A stretch of DNA of 64,000 bases, from positions 60,204,001 to 60,268,000 of the forward strand of contig NW_024704742.1 in assembly GCF_018977255.1 (NCBI RefSeq), in the 5' to 3' direction. The notes below the pieces were generated by a model that did not search any database, was not told the DNA's origin, and was given only the letters and a program-made list of their open reading frames with translations. A program made the position numbers and the translations under genes. Position 1 is the stretch's first letter; each line of letters opens with the position of its first letter. Below, piece by piece: positions 1 to 11,439 of the stretch. The DNA is from Callorhinchus milii. Its lineage: Eukaryota.

Positions 1-769
1 CAAGAGAGATGGATGCAAAGGTGAATCTTTGCAGCCAGAGCTTAAATACGACTTTATGGTTGTGCTGACCAACAATCCCCCAGATTGATCATTCACTTCA
101 AGGTTATTTATGAAACATTGTTGTGCACATTTGCCTTCATATATATGGCACTATGTTTTACAGTAATTCCTGTGAAGCGCTTTGAGACATCCACCTGACA
201 TGAACAGGCACGGTATCAAATACAAGAATTATTATTACTACAAACATCTTTAAAAAAATTGTTATGGATAAAGAAAAGAGGCATATGGAGAGCTTGCCTG
301 ATTTCTTTCCTTTGTTAATGAGTCTGCTTAGTTAAACTGAACAGATCAGACAGGGAACATTACTTTAAGTACCTATACTTAACAGCAAGAATTGCAACTA
401 TAAACAAATTAGTCTGTAAAATTATCCAATAGATTAACAATTTGCAATTCTTCAATATTTTTAAATAAAATAGACTGAAGCAATTAAGAAGGTTTGTGAT
501 AAATCCTCATAGATCCAACACCATCTTGTTTTATTTCAGATTTTGAAGTAGAAATCTATCAAATGTGCATCAATCAATAGAAGATTCAACTGGGAGTGGA
601 ACAAATGAAAGTCTAAGACCAGCAATTACAATCTTAAATGATAAATGACTAAAATGCAGTTAATTAATCGTCAGGTACTAATGATGACTAATTTAGAACT
701 TATTAAATAAATGTGTCCCAACTAATTAAAAGCACGTGTGTGAAAACAGAAAGATCTGAGATTGAGAAC

Positions 770-1078
770 CATAGAACCATAAACATTTACACCACAGAAG
801 AAGCCCAATCAACCCATCAAGTCTGTACTGGCTCAATAGCAATGTTTCAGTCCCACTTACCTATCCTTTCCCCATACCCTTGTAGCTGACTATTTAAGGT
901 ATTTGTCTAGTTCCCTCTTGAAGGCCAATATAGATTCAGCTTCAATCATGTCATCTTGCCATTCATTCCATATCTTAATTACATTTTGAGTGGAAATAAT
1001 TCTCCTTACATCCCTTTTCGTTCCATTTACTAACTATCTTAAATTGATGCCCTTTAGTTACTGTCTCACCAACCAGTT
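770..1078 (-). mobile_element. CR1 LINE 3' fragment (old)
   Basis: Minus strand reads ...TKGHQFKIVSK... then, after a frame slip, a CR1-type C-terminus (RRNYF...IWN); CATAGAACCATA tail at the left end. Confidence 0.7.
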
Positions 1079-1807
1079 GAGAATATACAAAGGACTTTGT
1101 CCAGGTCAGGGTGGCATGTAACTTCAAGACAAATTTGGAGGTAATAGTATTCCCATGATACTTGAATTCTTTTCTGTTTAGCCTAGCAGATTGAATGTAA
1201 ATCAGGGAAATAATTCTCTGCTGTATATAAACAGGAATCTGTGGGCTTTTGAAAAAAATGATGATAATTCCTGGGCAAATTAAATGCCCGAAATTCCAAA
1301 TAATCTTAGTTTATAAAGCCACTTTTTCAAAAAAAAATGTAAGATCATCTAAAATTGTGGAAAGTTCTTAAATTCAGTCTTCTGTTGTTTTTTTCTCTTC
1401 TATTCTTCCTTGTTCCATGTTAAGGTTAGGTTTTTTTTTCAATTTATCTGCAAAGGGGTTGAATGTTGGAGACAGCAGGGTAAGTTATCCTTCCAGCTCT
1501 AGTGACAATGGACCCCATGGATTGTGGGTTGCAGGTAGAATGAACTCTTAGCTCAGGATACTACTTAGCAAGTAGCAAATATCTTGCAATTGCTGAACTG
1601 TATGGACCGTCATACAGACCATGGTCGAAAGCAAAACAATGAAGGCACAATTTATGATTTGGAAACAAGTTCATTCCTCTGCAGGTCCATGTCCATGCTG
1701 ATCACTGCAGAGTCTAGCCTGCAAATTTAATAGGGCAGATTCCATGGCACCGCTTTAGTGCTGCTCCTAATTTGAGTACATTGTATAGTACAATAGAATA
1801 TAATATT

Positions 1808-2155
1808 AATATAATAATGCTTGCATTTGATATATTGCCTTATCATGTCATTGAGATATCTCAAAGCTCTTCACAGAATATATTGTAAAGTGGATTGACT
1901 GTGTATTTTGTGGATGAAATGCAGCAGCCAATTGCGCATCACAAAGGGTCATCAACTGAGTGAAAACTTTTTTTTGGAGGGATTATTATCTCCGGAAAGC
2001 GATCCACAAATTGACTAACATCCGGGTTCCTAGTTACTGCTTGGTAAACAGAAGCGTATGGAGTAAGGAAATCTGCCCATCGTTTCTCCCTGCCTGGGAA
2101 TCGAACCAAAATCTCTTGCAAGGCAAGCATGCTAACCACGATGCTACAGGACACC
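1808..2155 (-). mobile_element. tRNA-Ala-headed SINE with L2-type tail
   Basis: Head (rev. TGTAGCATCGTGGTTAGCATGCTTGCCTTGCAAG...GGTTCGATTCC), body and tail match the copies at 31365 and 54244. Confidence 0.8.
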
Positions 2156-3149
2156 AATATAAACACAGAATAAATAGTCTGATCTGTACAAATTCTTTTA
2201 ACTGCACCATCAGTGATTTTGTTATAGCAGCCTGTCACTGAGATATTACCAGTCCCAGAGTACAACTCGTAGAACACCTCATGTGCCCTAAAGAGGTTAG
2301 AGGAGCTGTTTTGACAAATGGATGATCCGGTATTGAGAAAACCTCAGGAACGTGGTAAGTGGCACTCAAGGAAATTGAAGGAATGGGGTCACTATAAATG
2401 TACATGAATGCGAGTTTTGTAAAATTACTGCACAGTTCTGAAGACATAATTCTTAACCGTAATTAAATCAGTGTAGACCTTAAAATTATTCAGGCCACTA
2501 CTGATATGAGCACTGTAAGTGAAATATGACAATAGTTGAAAAAAAGTCATCCCCCCACTTTAGTTGAAAAGTTTCAAGCACTTTGTGATTTGCTCAGTGA
2601 AAAGAAAGAATAAACGTGCGTGGGTGAGGAAGAGCAATAAGGTTAAGAATAATCTTTGTGCATTCCCACTGCTGGGCTTTCCAACCCTGAATGTGAGACA
2701 ATTGTGCCATCTGACAGTTTTACTTCTGATATAGTCTGCAGTGATACAGAGATAACCTCTTTCAGGAGAGATTGGGGCATATAACTTGAGAGCATTAATA
2801 ATAATCCTTGTGTTTGACATATCACTGTATCAAGGGGTAATGTTTTCTGTAAAGTGTAATGGTTGTGTGTTCGTAGGCAAACACAACAATGAATTTTCAT
2901 GCAGGAATGTCCCACAAAAAGCCATGAAGTAAATGACTAATTTTTTATCTGGTGGTGGTGGTCGCGGTGGGGGTGAGAATTGATAATAATAATACTTGCA
3001 TTTGGATTAGTATGACACGGCACTATATCAAATGCATTTATTATTATTATTATTAATGTTCTCATAGTATATGCCTGGCTCCCTCCCTTCCCGGCGAAAC
3101 ATCCTCTCATGGCAAGGAGCTGGTGGTTGGGAGGACACAACGCGTGGAG

Positions 3150-3622
3150 TGGGAACAATGTAGCACAGTGGTTAGAGCACTCACCTCGCAAGCAAGAGGA
3201 CTTGGGTTCGATTCCTGGCCGGATGAAATGTTGGGCAAGTTTCCTTACTCCACACAAATCTACTCCAAAGCGCTCTGAGATGCTATCCTGTATGGAGGGC
3301 ACTATATAAGTGCAAGTTGTTGTTGTTGTTTACCTAGCAGTAAGTAGGAACCCGGTTGTTAGTCGATTGCCAGATTGCTTTTCCAAGGGAATATAATTCC
3401 TTAGAAAAATAAATAAATAAAATAATAATAATTTGTTCACTCAATCCACCACACTGTTTTTGGGACACTGCTCTGCGCCATTGGCTACTGCCTTTCGTCC
3501 ACAAAATATACAGGCAATTCACTTTACTGTATATGCTGTGAAGCACTTTGAGACCTCTCAAAGATGTGATAAGGCACTATATTACATATGACAATTATTA
3601 TTTTAATTATTATTATTATTAT
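3150..3622 (+). mobile_element. tRNA-Ala-headed SINE interrupted by a nested (GTT)n-tailed fragment (~3257-3330)
   Basis: A box TAGCACAGTGG, B box GGTTCGATTCC, anticodon-like CTCGCAA; body resumes after the insert and ends in (ATT)n. Confidence 0.85.
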
Positions 3623-5699
3623 AATCTCCACTGATACATTAGGAGTGTTGCACTAGACATCAGGAGAAACACCAGTCCATCTTCAAAGACAATCCTTTAG
3701 ATAAGGTGTTAAAGTGAGGTCCTATCTGCCTATACAAGTGGATGTTGAAGATCCCAAGGGACTTTCAGATAATGCAACATTTGGAGGGTCAGCCTAGACA
3801 ATGACATGTCTGACATGCTCTCAAAGTCTTGAACCCACAAACTTGTGACTCAGTGGTGAGGGTGATACCAACTGAGCCAAGCTGATGTTTAAGTTTCAGA
3901 TTCAACCAAATCACAAATGGTTTAGTTCTACTCTTGGTTCTAGAAGTGTGAAAGAGTTGTTGATATAGCTGTGCACTAAGTTATTTTGTCAATGTATTCA
4001 CCTATTTTCATAGTTTCCAATTTCTATATTATCCACTCTGTTCCTATTTTGGTGATATCTGCAAACTAACTGAGATTTTGCTTACAATCCCTTTGCCCAC
4101 GTCATTGTCAACATCATCTTACGCTTTGAGATATCCTCTAGACCTGAAAGGCACTTCATAGGAATATTATTATTGTCATTATCTTGAAGATATTTTTAAA
4201 AATGAAGCCAATTCACTATCTGTGCCCTTTTTCAATTTTTTTCATTTTCATTTGAAACTGATGTTGAACAAGGTCCCAAATTTACTAATCAGAAACCTGA
4301 CCAATGCTAACAAAATAGGCCAGCATTTTGACTGTTCTTAATACATGGAAATTCATGCAAAACACTGCATTTAACATCTAACAAAACAAGTCACAAAAGC
4401 CAATGACACAATGGACATAAAATAATCACTTTAGCTGTTCAGCAGCTCTCTTCTGAAGCTGAAGGAGCAATTAACCATGTAGGTGCATAATGACCTATAT
4501 CCTATAACAATTTGCACTCCTCATCTTATCTGAACATTGACAATGTTACAGTGGTGTTCTATAATTTTATAGACACATTTGCTACAGGTCACAGTTACCA
4601 TCTTTCCAACAAACCTTCCGTGTTCTATGATATTGGCAAGGTTCTTGTGACAGCCAAAGACATCCTCAGGGAAGGAGCACCCTTCATTTTTTCAGTGTTC
4701 TCAAAAATAGAAGACAAAGATAGACATTTAATTGCAAGGACAGGGGAATAACATTAAACAAATTGGAATATGTAGTTCATATCATACAAGATGTAAGCTG
4801 TCCACACATTGCAAAATGATCTGATAAATTACTTCATTTTTAATGCATAGTAGACATGCCGAATAAATCCTAAAACAATGTGGTATTTGATTCTGCTAGC
4901 TGGGATCAATACACAGTGACTGGAAGTGCTGCTCATTGATTTGAAATTTACAGCCCAGAAAACGGAAGTACTGGGGCCATCACAAGTCACTATTGGCAGG
5001 TCCATTGTTGTACTTGCCAGGGTTGGCCATTCGATCTTCCTGTCAGCGAGTGTCAATCAAAACAGTCCTTCTTGGTCCCTTTAGACCAATTAACATCATC
5101 TCTGTCCACAGATAGATATTGTAGGATTGTAGTAGAAACATTTTCCCCATCAGAGCCCAATCAGGTCAGATCTTTCCCCTCCCTATTCTATGTCAACAGT
5201 GTAGATTAACTCCCCAGGAAGCTGATTTTCTCTGCCTAAATTTGGCCTTACAATACCGGTCTAGCCAACCAGAGGAAGATGATTGGCAGTTCAGTTTATC
5301 TCATTTAGCTTTTCATACTTCATCCATTTTTTCCCATTTTATTTTGTGACTAGGAATTGAAGAGAATAAGTGTGATACTATATGTACATCAGTTAGTCCA
5401 CAAATACAATGAGTTCCTCTCTCAGATTGTATTGCAATAAAAAGATATTTAACTCAGTTTGTCCTCTCATTCTGAAAACATAGCTTACAGTTCTGATATA
5501 ATTGCAATAGTGCCATACATTATATCTGTTCCCTGATTACGTAGCACTTCAGTAGCAGTATTTTGATAAAATTGAAAGTGCATAACTATATTTATGAGCT
5601 GCTGATTTCTGAAAAAATATGGTTTTAACTTTTGATTCCTTTTTGTTGCTAATCAGTTCTTTTTCCATTAACAATTGTTGGTTACCAAGTCCATTTAGT

Positions 5700-6135
5700 A
5701 ATAACAATCTATATTTAAATAGTATATTTTACGTCGGGAGGATATCTCAAAGCATTTCATTTAACTGACTGGGACCCCAAGCTGGGAAGTGGGGAGGGGT
5801 CCGTGAGTTGAGGAAGGGATAGGTGCTCTAAAATACTGCCACAGAGTCTGGGTATAAAGGTGGAGAGGGAGGGGAAGAGACAGAGATGCTCCGCAATGAA
5901 GTTCAAGGGAGCAGGTCCAGAGCTTCTGAAAGCTGGTTCACCAATGGGCTGAAGGAGGAGAGGAATGTATGGCGATGTGGAGCAAATAAGTAATTGCTGA
6001 GCAGTTGCAGCGCCCAAGATTGCAGGGTCACCAGTGGTTGCAGAGACAGGGCAGGGTGAGGCTATAAAGGCATTTCAAAGTGATGACGAGAACTTTGAAT
6101 TCGATCCGCTGGGGATTGGCAGCCAGTGGACTTGG
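5700..6135 (-). mobile_element. L2 LINE 3' fragment (diverged)
   Basis: Reverse strand encodes HWLPIPQRIEFKVLVITLKCLYSL, typical of the L2 ORF2 C-terminus; L2 stem-loop tail at the left. Confidence 0.75.
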
Positions 6136-6403
6136 ATGCTACTCAGATTTCAGGACAAAATACTTTGTCATCTGATAGATGATTTTTTTCATCTTTGATT
6201 TATTATCTTTTTCTTGCCCTATTTTACTTTTCTTGTTTATTGCTAAGACTATGGTCTTTATTCCAAATAACCTTTTTCAAATTGTTTCTCCCATTGTCCA
6301 AATGCAATGTTCAGTATTTGCAAATCTCCACCATCATTTAATTGAAATCAAAACTCTGCATCTTTTCCTACTCTGATCTGTTCTTTCCAGAGTACACATG
6401 GTG

Positions 6404-6535
6404 ACCACTGGTGACCTTGTAATCTTGGGCGCTGCCAATGCTCAGCAATTACTTCCTTGCTCCACATCACCACACATTCCTCCCCTCCTTCAGCCCATTG
6501 GTGAATGAGCCTTCAGACGCTCTTGTCCTGCTCTC
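6404..6535 (+). mobile_element. L2 fragment, inverted copy of ~5901-6038
   Basis: Direct reverse-complement match to 5901-6038. Confidence 0.75.
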
Positions 6536-7089
6536 TTTCATCAGTACAAATTAAAAAAAGACCAAGGTCCATCTAGTTCGCATTCTGCCTTTTTTTGTCT
6601 AGCAATTCTTATGTTCTTATGTTTGATGTAGGACCTTTCATGTCAGGAGTACGCCTTAAAGCACTTCACAGGATATACTGTGAAGTAACTGTGTAATTTG
6701 CAAGTGAACATACAGAGAGATGCATATTACAATCTAGGTTGATCAGAACATGGATTATTAAAACAATAATTGGAAGTTATTGAAAAGAAAGGTCAGAAGA
6801 TGAGGAATTTATTGTTGTGGTGATGTTTATAGAGTTAAAAGGCATGGAATATTAAAGCTTATAAGGGAACTGCACCAGTTTTGGAGGTTATGCAAGTTCT
6901 TGGAAGACTCATGATAATGTTCCACCCATTGTTTCAACTGGATACTTCAGCTATTATGAGGGAGTCTCATTTTGTACTTCTATTTTGGATGGAGCACTAT
7001 TTATCATATTATAAATTAATCCCAATATAATAAAATGAATACTTTCTTAGGATTTGCATGTCAGGGGATCCCTGTGCAAGACGTGCTGT

Positions 7090-7425
7090 TAGCCTGGCTC
7101 TGTTGGCAGCACTATCACCTCTGAGTCAGAAGGCTATGGGTTCAAGCCCCATTTTGTAACTTTGAATTAATTGCCTAGCATGACATCAGGAGCACTGTCA
7201 GAGATGCAACACTTTGAATGAGATGGTAAACTGAGTTCCTGTTTGCCTGTTTAGCTGGACATTATGGTTTCATGATAGTCTTTGAAAGGAGAAAAGATTC
7301 CCGATATCCAGGCCAACAATCTTCCAGATAAAATTGATTATTTACTTCAATGCTGTTTGTGGAACATTGCTGTGTGCAAATTGGCTGTCGTGTTCATCTA
7401 TAATTGCACCAGCATTACACTTTAC
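7090..7425 (+). mobile_element. Deu-domain-like SINE (SacSINE1/AmnSINE-type), near full length
   Basis: tRNA-like head (CTCTGAGTCAGAAGG...GGGTTCAAGCCC); central ATGAGATGGTAAACTGAG...GCCTGTTTAGCTGGAC...CCAGGCCAACA; 3' TGTTTGTGGAACATTGCTGTGTGCAAATTGGCTG. Family assignment is from recalled consensus. Confidence 0.7.
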
Positions 7426-8889
7426 AGAAAACACAGCCATTTCAACATTACATATACTGCATCAAATGTATTATTAATTCATCCCAAACCCAATAATGTG
7501 TGCACAAAGCAATTTTTGCTCAATTTGTGAAAAATGAAAACACATTAACAAATTGGCTCCTTGTAGAGATAGGCATTTTTTTTAAAAATGAGAATAGATT
7601 TTCCAAAAACTGTTCATTCAAGAAACAAACACTTTTATTTTATTTATATAACTTATGTTGACTGCAGCTGTTTGGGAACATTAATATATAGTGATGTTCC
7701 TGTGGGTAACAGTGTCTCACTGAATTTATAGACAGGATCTTACTTTAGACAGGGAGAAAATTGCAGGTTTCTTCAAAAGGTTCCTTGTCTTTATTTACAT
7801 AAGAAGGATTTTAAGGAAATAAGCAAATTTTACTGTGATAAGCTCACCTCAGCATGGTGCAAAACTAATAATAGAAGAAAAGTAATCCATAAAAGCAGAA
7901 ACAAACATTGCATACTAAGACACTAACTGTGTATTAGGCAAAACTGCAAAAAATAGGAAAGGTTAAGTGGAATATAACCTTTTTAGGTCAATTTTACATA
8001 TATCTATTGATTTAGAAAATATATATATATAATAGGTCCACTGTAATTGAAATATATTTTTAAAAATATTTCTTTAATGTTGCAATGCCATCATGTTTTT
8101 TAATTCCACATTACTGATCATTTACAGTTTGATATTGCACACATCAAACAGCTTTTCCCTAATGTCTTCACTTCATGAAATATGACACTTTATTCCAGAG
8201 GAGTAATTAACATGTCACGTCATATTATAAAGATTTCAAAATTTGTCTCATTGATATGCTATACTCTGTTCCAACTCAAGGAACTACTATGACAAGATTA
8301 ACAGTGTCTCTTAGAATACCTTAGTTATCATCTTCCTACCTACGATTGAGGACCTGCAAATCGCAAAAGAACAGTATGGATGTTTCTTTGCATAAAACCA
8401 ATACAGTATTTAAAAGCAAATAAGACGAGAATGTTATACACTCTTACTCAATATTAAAATTTATTTTCTTACAGTCAGAAATATTTATTTTTGACTGTTC
8501 TTTTCAACCTATAAAGCAAAACTGATTATGTTAAGGTCTCTGTTCCCTAAATGTTCTATTCCTATATTGCTTGCTTGCTCCACTCCATTTCCTATTCTGT
8601 ACTAGGTCAAGCACTGCTATCTCTCACTCCCTCCCTCCCTCCCTCCCTCAACTCATTAAAAACACTTCTGAAAACATGCCTCTTTTACCGTGCTTTTAAT
8701 AATCATTCCTCTCGGCTCCCACTCCCAGTTCGGATGCCCACCAGGATTAAATGCTTTGAGATATTCTCTTGAAGTGAAAGGTGCTGCATAAATGTAACTT
8801 GTAACATAGTATTCTTTGTTGATCTAGAAAGTAGATTGTAGAAAAACATAGTTGTATCAGTTTCTAAGAAATAATGAAAATCTTGCATT

Positions 8890-9048
8890 TCCTTTATGTG
8901 TCCCTCCAGGATGCATTCCATTCCAACAATTTATCTCTAAAATTTCCATCTGTAGGTGGGATCTATGGAATTCTCAGTTTGGTTTAGATACTCTTAAGCA
9001 TTGTGATGGATTTCTATGTGTGTCAGACTCCCAGCTGACCAAAAAAAA
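8890..9048 (+). mobile_element. 3' end of poly(A)-tailed dispersed retroposon ('family X')
   Basis: ...GATACTCTTAAGCATTGTGATGGATTTCTATGTGTGTCAGACTCCCAGCTGACC-A8 matches eight other copies in the window. Confidence 0.7.
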
Positions 9049-10644
9049 GTCTTGCATTTGGAACTAAAATAAATCTGGAGCGATGAGATTAAATGGGCCA
9101 AAGCACTTTTATTCATCAGTCTCTCTTCTGAGGTCATATGAGCTTGTGAAATGTTTTACCTGTTTCATGACTTCAATTACATTTAATATTCCCTGTGATA
9201 CAATTTTCGATTATCCAAAAAGAAAGTCTTAACAGATTTATTTAAGTTTGCAAGACTATGTCCAATGGATTTTTGACAGAAATGGAACTAAATATTTCAA
9301 ACAGTACCAAAGAATTACATTTGATGCAACTATGAAATAAAAATGTCTAGATTATCATTTTTAACCCTAAAACACCTTTGTTCTTAATTTAATTTTCCAG
9401 CTCTTTCACACATCTATTAATGTTTTTATTGCTCAGATCTTATCTGATTCCCTTTGAATGATTCTAATGGTCAAACCTCAAAAGCCACTTGTGGAAATGA
9501 ATTTCACACCCTAACAATGCTCTGAGTGAAGAAATTCCTTATAGACTCACTTGAATATTTTGCGAACAATCCTGAGACTAAGACATGGTATGTAACCAAA
9601 AGATGAAGACATGGTATGTAACCAAAAAATGACTTAGCAATTTTTTCGCCATTTGATAGCAAAGAATTATTGAACTGAAATTGGCTGTAATAAATGCTGT
9701 GGGTAGAGAGAGCCTCAGAGATCTGATGCTGAGTTTTCATGATAGGAAGGAATGGTGTGGAACTTGGGACATAGCCTCTCAGATATAAGAAATCAGACCC
9801 AAGAGGCTTAAAACATGGCCAGCAAGAAAATAGCATTCAGATTCCTGAGGGAGCAGAAGAAGGTTTAACATGATTCGAGATTTACCAAGGCACCAAGAAC
9901 TGTAATAATTAAAGTGAAATTGATTGTTCATAGCAGATCCCTGGTGGTTATGTAAATGTAAATGTTAGAAACGTTAAATACAGGAAATACGGAAGTCATT
10001 GAAGATGTACATGACTTGAAGATCCAAGAGCAATTCAGTGGGAAATTGGGAAATTAAGTGGAAAGACCAGATGATTTTCTCATCTCATGAACTAGTTACC
10101 TTGTGATTTTAGTTTTGCTAGCCAAGTATTTGACACAAATCGAACACTATCACCATGTTTAAGAGTATCTAAACCAATCTAAATTCTCCACATATGCATG
10201 GAAATTTCCATTTGTTGGTTACAAAGTGAATATTCTGGACTCACAGTAAAGGTGTGAGTCATGTTAGGAGAAAACCTCAAAGTACATCACAAGAGTTACT
10301 GTAAAGTGTAGTGACTACATATTTTGAAGGCGAAAATAGGACAGACAAGTTGTGCACAGCAATGGCCCATAAAGAGTCATGAAGGAATGATTAACTTTGT
10401 CATGCGGCTTGTTGACAATGATTTCAAAGTCCTGAAGAAGACTTGAACACACAATCTTCTGATTCAGAGACAAGAGTGTGACCGATGGAACCAGTTTGAC
10501 ACCTGTTAAAGCTGGGGTCCCATCTGCCTACTCAGATGGACATTAAAGGTCCCATGACACTATTCAAAATGAGAAGGGTGTTTCTCCTGGTGTCCTGGCC
10601 AATAACCCCTCATGCAAATAAATCACCTCAAAATTACAATGTAA

Positions 10645-10695
10645 ATAAACAAACAAACGAACAAACGAACGAACAAATGAATGAATGAATGAATG
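10645..10695. repeat. Compound tetranucleotide microsatellite (AAAC/GAAC/GAAT)
   Basis: Directly visible. Confidence 0.9.
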
Positions 10696-10817
10696 TGTTT
10701 TTAATATACCTGATTTCAGAATAGTGGCTGCATCTACATCTAGCTGAAAGGCTTTGAATTTCAGCTTAGGGGAGATCAAATTTTCTGAGTTTGTAAATGG
10801 CCACTAGCCTAACTTGA

Positions 10818-11230
10818 TCTTTTTTTTGGTTCAGCCAAGTGTCTGACATGTGCCAAAATCGATCACCATAATAAAGAGTATCCTAACCAAACTAAGAGTT
10901 CCATGCATCCCATCTATACCTGGAAATTCCTGAGATATTGATTGGAATGGAATGCACTCTCTCTCTGGAGGAATGCATCCTACTTACCAAATTCTGGGGA
11001 GTGTTAAGTGCAGATTAGCAAGAACCAAGGCTTGGGGACCCCAGAGTGTAGGTTGGGATACTGCTGGAGTCTAATCAACTAAAGCCGCACAGCTTGCCAT
11101 CGAAAGCACTGTCTTGCAAGCTTTCCCACTGCTTCTTCAGTGAGGACCACCCTACCTATGATTAATTTTATGATGGGGATTTGGCTTGTAGGGATAGCAA
11201 GTGCTGAGTGGGAAGAAGTCCTGTCCCCAG
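10818..11230 (-). mobile_element. Family X retroposon copy
   Basis: T-tract followed by GTGTCTGACATGTG...AAGAGTATCC...GGACCCCAGAGTGT...GCAAGCTTTCC, collinear with the copies at 23357 and 34475. Confidence 0.75.
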
Positions 11231-11439
11231 TACCTTGATCTTAGTTAGGGCAGTATCTTGTTACCGTAAACTGTTTCTACAGTACCTTGGGACATCCTCC
11301 CAATGTGAAAGGTGCTTTACAAATGTAATTTTGTTGCTGTTGTTATAAGGCTGAGACTCTGTTTTCCACACTTTGTAAAGAGCAGATGGCAAAATTCAAC
11401 CTGAATTAAGCATTTTGACCCCATTCTAACGTTCCTCTA

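Noticed and set aside
4960..5020. Cu/Zn-SOD-like motif (VTIGRSIVV)
   Set aside because: Isolated short motif with no supporting His/Cys ligands in register
9580..9627. 22-bp tandem duplication AAGACATGGTATGTAACCAAAA as an array or CRISPR repeat
   Set aside because: Only two units with a 4-bp gap in eukaryotic DNA; ordinary slippage duplication
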